From an uncultured Gammaproteobacteria bacterium (GTDB taxonomy: Bacteria > Patescibacteriota > Patescibacteriia > Patescibacteriales > WJLG01): DNA of 64,000 nucleotides. Positions 59,989 through 64,000 of the stretch are shown in pieces. The notes below the pieces were generated by a model. It searched no databases. It was not told the DNA's origin and saw nothing but the letters and a program-made list of their open reading frames with translations. The DNA lies in assembly GCA_964547855.1 (NCBI GenBank), contig CAZJPG010000001.1, positions 1,337 to 65,336 on the forward strand. Direction: 5' to 3'. The translations under genes and the position numbers were made by a program. Positions within the stretch are counted from its first letter, which is position 1; every line of letters begins with the position of its first letter.

Positions 59989-59997
59989 TGTGGATAA
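59989..59997 (-). promoter_or_regulatory. perfect TTATCCACA 9-mer (DnaA-box consensus); function unknown
   Basis: Minus read ggacTTATCCACAACTAGaa, located 45 nt after the stop of the 60042 gene. A TTATCCGCT variant (59867..59875) lies 23 nt upstream of the -35. Confidence 0.3.
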
Positions 59998-60041
59998 GTC
60001 CACTCGACCATCTTAAGTAAGAAATTACCAATTAAGGACTA

Positions 60042-63000
60042 CTAATATTCAGGAACAAGAATATAGACTATGTTAGTCTGGAAGCTGCCGGCCTGCTGCT
60101 GACTACCGATCTCAGTCCTAAAGACAAGATCAGAGATATCATTATCTACTGGTATAGCGCTGTAAGCCACTTCTTTCATGCTTTGCTCGAATCTCGCATA
60201 GGTGTTGTTAGCCGCAAAGCGGGATGGGGCATTCCCAGACAAAGTATCATCACCGACATGGTAGCCAAAATTCGATGGGCTTGGCACGGCCGGCCATGCC
60301 GCTGGAGACTCATTGGTAGCCGTGACTGGCTGTATCTGCGAACCATTATTGCTGATAAATCCTGTGCGACTATAAGCATATAACCTATACCCATACTCCG
60401 CATTAGTACTGATCGAGAAGCGCTGAGCAGCTATCACTTGATCGTTTGGCAATAACTGGCCAAAATCTACAGCCTGTTCTGTCGTAGTGGCGTTAGTGAC
60501 GACTCCCTCTGTTGTGGTTCCAGATGGTAAGCCAAAGACAGTCATAGATAAGCTGCCAGCCGATGTTAAAAGCGACGGATAAGTCTGTCCAACTTCAAGG
60601 TCCACTGGTTCATTTATGTTAACGTCAAAAGCCCTGAAATAATAGATCGTGCCAGTGGCCGCGCCATTATTCCTAATGGTGAATTCCCATTCCGCCCAAC
60701 TCGATGCCGGTTGATCGAAGGTCGTAGTGCTGATACCGGATTCATTATGTCCCATGGCCACGGTAGATGTAGGGGTTATCAGGAGAGTGGTTATTGGATC
60801 ATCGTCCTGATCGACGCCATCCCCATAGGTCCAAATAGAAGTCGAGCCTATTTCTCCCACATAGTTGACATCGGAAGCAAAGGTTGGAGAGGTGGAATAT
60901 TGCAACCTTAACTTGGTGTTTATCGCGGTAATTCCCTCGGTTTCCTTAAGCGTCATTCTCAATTTCAAAATACGACCAGTTACCACATCACTAGCAGTGG
61001 TATTCAGTCCGAACGACAAATTAGGGGTTTCGTTATATTGATCTTGGTACCAAATCCATTCCGCTGGAACTTTCTTACTCCAAAGAGTGGCAGTCACCTC
61101 GCCGGAAGAAGATGCGAAATTACCATACTGGTCATAAGCAAAGATCCTGAAGACGTACTGTTTATTTATGGATAAGCCGGTCACAGTCGTCGAAGCATAG
61201 CCGTTGAAGTTGATGTTAGACAAATTCGAATCGGAAGATGACCCCCAAAGCTGATCTGACGGCGTAACACCAGAAGATCCTTCTTTGTAGAATATCTTGT
61301 ACTCGGAAAAATTAGCGTCGGTCGAGACTGAGCCAAAATTCAACGTGACCGAAGCGCTAGTTTTGGCGTCGACGGTCAAATCACCAGGCGTGGACGGCTT
61401 CTTGCGATCGACAACCACAGTAGTTGTGGCTGGGATGACTTGATTGTCATAACCATCATAGGCCGTCGAGCGCAAACAATAAGTCGTCTCCACATTGCCA
61501 AGATCATTGGCTGTTGGCCAGGTGAAATTAACAGTATTCTCCCCAAAAGCCGTTAATATTTGATTGCCAGTGGTCGAACCTATTTGATATTCGGATTCAT
61601 TGTCTATGTCGGGGTCGCCATATGTGGCGGTGACGTTGGCATCGGAAGCGTCAAAGGTCAGATCGGTCGAAGGAGTAAAATCACAATGACCGGAAGTCGA
61701 TGTGCCAATCTCCATCTTAAGACGAATTGGATCTCCAGAGGCCATCGCAGCTTTAACCGATATGTCGACTATATGAGACCCATCCCCTCTCTGCATCACA
61801 GAAACGAAAGTCGAAGTCGGAGCCGGCGACAATGTCAATTCTGGATAACGACTATACTGATCAAGAACCGAACCATTGCGCAGTACTCTGAAGCAATAAG
61901 GCACGCCAGCCAAAGCATTGGTAGTTCCCTCAAAGGCATACTCCAACTCCGTGTATTCTCCGCCCGACAAAGTCGTCGAAGCGCTCTGATTGGACGGCGA
62001 CTCTATCATTCGACCAGGAACATAAGAATAACCCTCGGAATTGCTAAGTCGTTGTACAGAGAACTCTTGATCTAATATATTCTCACTGTCGACCATAATG
62101 AAATCATCAGAAGCGGTAGTGGTCGGGATATCGGCCCAACCGGAAGCCGAAGCGCACCCAGCACCCTTTAACACATATTGTATCTTGAACTTATCTTCAC
62201 TTGTCCAATCTCCCAAGTTGGCCACACTAATACGCACACGAACTGGTTTTTCCTTACCTAAATACTTGCTAACGGTCGGATCTATCGTATCTTCGGCCTC
62301 GCGCCAAGTAGCTGGAGGTATTTCTCCAGTGGAGGTAGAAACATATCCGGATGACTCTGATTTATTTCCATAAGAGTCGTAAGACCAAATCTTGAAAGAA
62401 TAATCACTTAATTGAGCCAAGGAAGTTATAACTGTCGTGGCAGTACCACCAAAATTAATATCATCGAGGTCTGGGTCGTTCAATTTGTCGAATTTGGTAT
62501 CAGCTTCGGTTGGAGCAGTCGTGCTTCCCAAGGCATAGAATATCTTATATTGATCGAAGTTGAGATCGGTCGATGGCAAACCGAAGGCCAAAACAACATC
62601 ATCGCCATTGACTCGCGATACAGTTAGATCACCAGGTACCGATGGCGCCTTATTATCGACCATTATAGTCGTAGTGGCGCTAACAGCCTGATCGGAAATG
62701 CCATCGTTGGCAGTAAGCCTTAAGCAATAAACACCTTCACTAGAAGACAGATCAAGACCAGAAAGCCAATCTAAGTTAACAGTGTTAGACCCTGAGGTCG
62801 TAATGATATAGCCAGTAGTAGAACCGATCTGATAATTTTCATTGTTATCTATCTTAGGATCGCCAAAGTCGGCCGTAGTATTGGCATCGGTCGTATCAAT
62901 AGTCGGATCGGAAGAAGGAGAGAAATTACAAAGACCGCCGCTATATGTTCCGTATTCCAACTTGGCCTTGACGTTATCGCCGTCCAAATCATAAACCTCG

Positions 63001-64000
63001 ATCGAAACATCGACGCGCCCACTTCCATCAGTCCTTTGCCCTGCAGAATTAAAATGAGCCGTAGGCAAACGATTGGTCGTGAAAGTAACCTGGGTCGAGC
63101 TGGACTTATGTCCATAATCATCATAGGCGTACACGACAAAACTATATTGAGTACCAGCCGAAAGCCCGGTGACAGTGGTCGTGGCAGTTCCATTGTAATT
63201 TATATAATCGAGATCGGTGTCATCGAATTCCGTCGAATTATACTCGGTTATCGGCGATACTCCTTGTTTGTAATAAAGCCTATAATCTTTAAAATTGGTC
63301 TCCGTGGTTTGAGCGCCAAAAGACAAGGTTATATTATCACTGCCACGTCTAACGAAACTTAAAGCACCAGGCTTGGTCGGAGAGACATTGTCGATCGTCA
63401 AAGTCGTGGTAGCTGGTGTTATTTGATCATCAACCCCATCATTAGCGGTCAAACGCAAACAATAAGTATCATTACCGCTGGACAAATTCAAGGTCGACAG
63501 CCAATCGAAACTAACGGTATTCTCCCCTCCCGACGTAACTATCCATCCAGTGGAGGAACCTATCTGATAGTTCTCGCTATTATCGATCTTCGCATCCCCC
63601 TGAGTAGAAGTAGCGTTATAATCAGCCTCATCGAGTGTTGGGTCGGCTGCGGAACCAAAATTACAAGCCCCACCAGAATAAGGGGCATATTCGATCTTAG
63701 CCTTAAGATCATCGGAATTGACGTCGGCAAAAGTAGCAGAGATATCGACGCGTCCAGTCCCATCTACGCGCTGTGACGCATAGACAAAAGTCGAAGTAGG
63801 CGCGAAATTAGTGAAACCGGAAACCTCTCCAGTGGAGCTAGACACGCGACCAAGTTGATCGTAGGAGAAAATCTTAAAGACATACTGCGTTCCATTATCA
63901 AGTCCTGTCACTATCGTCGAACCAGATCCGTTAAAATCGGCATATCCCAAATCAGCATCAGAAGTCGTGCTCCAGAGGGTGTCCGCTTCGGTTACACCAG
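60042..64000 (-). CDS. large secreted modular surface protein, C-terminal >1,300 aa (runs off right edge)
   Basis: The frame stays open beyond the track start (63950 is an internal TTG; upstream reads ..DADLGYADF). It has at least three units of a beta-domain ending YCLRLTANDG followed by FN3 (PxxPGxL...F..YKIFY...Y.F.I.AYD..G). It also has a WREAEDT domain shared with the giant protein and the C-terminal module SISTNAEYGYRLYAY...QQAGSFQTNIVYILVPEY. Confidence 0.8.
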   Translation of the reverse strand, partial: GVTEADTLWSTTSDADLGYADFNGSGSTIVTGLDNGTQYVFKIFSYDQLGRVSSSTGEVSGFTNFAPTSTFVYASQRVDGTGRVDISATFADVNSDDLKAKIEYAPYSGGACNFGSAADPTLDEADYNATSTQGDAKIDNSENYQIGSSTGWIVTSGGENTVSFDWLSTLNLSSGNDTYCLRLTANDGVDDQITPATTTLTIDNVSPTKPGALSFVRRGSDNITLSFGAQTTETNFKDYRLYYKQGVSPITEYNSTEFDDTDLDYINYNGTATTTVTGLSAGTQYSFVVYAYDDYGHKSSSTQVTFTTNRLPTAHFNSAGQRTDGSGRVDVSIEVYDLDGDNVKAKLEYGTYSGGLCNFSPSSDPTIDTTDANTTADFGDPKIDNNENYQIGSTTGYIITTSGSNTVNLDWLSGLDLSSSEGVYCLRLTANDGISDQAVSATTTIMVDNKAPSVPGDLTVSRVNGDDVVLAFGLPSTDLNFDQYKIFYALGSTTAPTEADTKFDKLNDPDLDDINFGGTATTVITSLAQLSDYSFKIWSYDSYGNKSESSGYVSTSTGEIPPATWREAEDTIDPTVSKYLGKEKPVRVRISVANLGDWTSEDKFKIQYVLKGAGCASASGWADIPTTTASDDFIMVDSENILDQEFSVQRLSNSEGYSYVPGRMIESPSNQSASTTLSGGEYTELEYAFEGTTNALAGVPYCFRVLRNGSVLDQYSRYPELTLSPAPTSTFVSVMQRGDGSHIVDISVKAAMASGDPIRLKMEIGTSTSGHCDFTPSTDLTFDASDANVTATYGDPDIDNESEYQIGSTTGNQILTAFGENTVNFTWPTANDLGNVETTYCLRSTAYDGYDNQVIPATTTVVVDRKKPSTPGDLTVDAKTSASVTLNFGSVSTDANFSEYKIFYKEGSSGVTPSDQLWGSSSDSNLSNINFNGYASTTVTGLSINKQYVFRIFAYDQYGNFASSSGEVTATLWSKKVPAEWIWYQDQYNETPNLSFGLNTTASDVVTGRILKLRMTLKETEGITAINTKLRLQYSTSPTFASDVNYVGEIGSTSIWTYGDGVDQDDDPITTLLITPTSTVAMGHNESGISTTTFDQPASSWAEWEFTIRNNGAATGTIYYFRAFDVNINEPVDLEVGQTYPSLLTSAGSLSMTVFGLPSGTTTEGVVTNATTTEQAVDFGQLLPNDQVIAAQRFSISTNAEYGYRLYAYSRTGFISNNGSQIQPVTATNESPAAWPAVPSPSNFGYHVGDDTLSGNAPSRFAANNTYARFEQSMKEVAYSAIPVDNDISDLVFRTEIGSQQQAGSFQTNIVYILVPEY

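Noticed and set aside
25780-59997. TTATCCACA boxes as a chromosomal replication origin.
   Set aside because: The three boxes are up to 34 kb apart and are not clustered. No dnaA or dnaN is in the window, there is no adjacent AT-rich unwinding element with 13-mer repeats, and gene orientation does not switch. A regulatory site is more plausible.

Overview
This 64-kb window is almost entirely minus-strand coding; only two protein genes and one tRNA are on the plus strand. It has AGGAGG-type ribosome-binding sites, frequent TTG/GTG starts and many clean rho-independent terminators. TGA, TAA and TAG all terminate genes at expected ends, so the standard bacterial code applies.

The left ~17 kb is housekeeping:
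- a partial secreted protein, a lipoprotein, tRNA-Gln(UUG) with an odd 117-bp tandem repeat, and a PurN-like formyltransferase
- an operon of an RlpA-DPBB/D-Ala-D-Ala-carboxypeptidase fusion, ftsE and ftsX
- tRNA-Thr(CGU), an FtsB/DivIC-like protein and a P2-type cation ATPase
- a Zn-ribbon protein of unknown function
- an operon of a 517-aa membrane protein, a VirD4/TraD-like coupling ATPase split by one in-frame TAG, and a processive GT2 glycosyltransferase

The right ~47 kb (17.1 kb to the window edge) is a dense island of secreted or membrane-anchored surface proteins:
- four cohesin-like proteins and two dockerin-tailed proteins
- four two-domain single-pass proteins that resemble DUF916/DUF3324 (CscA-like) proteins
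- four proteins sharing a beta-rich C-terminal module with a WxL-like terminal motif, one of them a 5,741-aa giant built from DUF2341/LamG/FN3 modules
- a MacB-type ABC transporter, two tandem membrane-anchored FGE/SUMF1-like proteins, an Hsp20 and a Cys-rich lipoprotein

The content looks like a Patescibacteria/CPR-type genome, but that is inference only. No transposase, integrase, CRISPR array or rRNA was seen. All family assignments come from motifs read by eye in the translations and need profile or structure searches to confirm.
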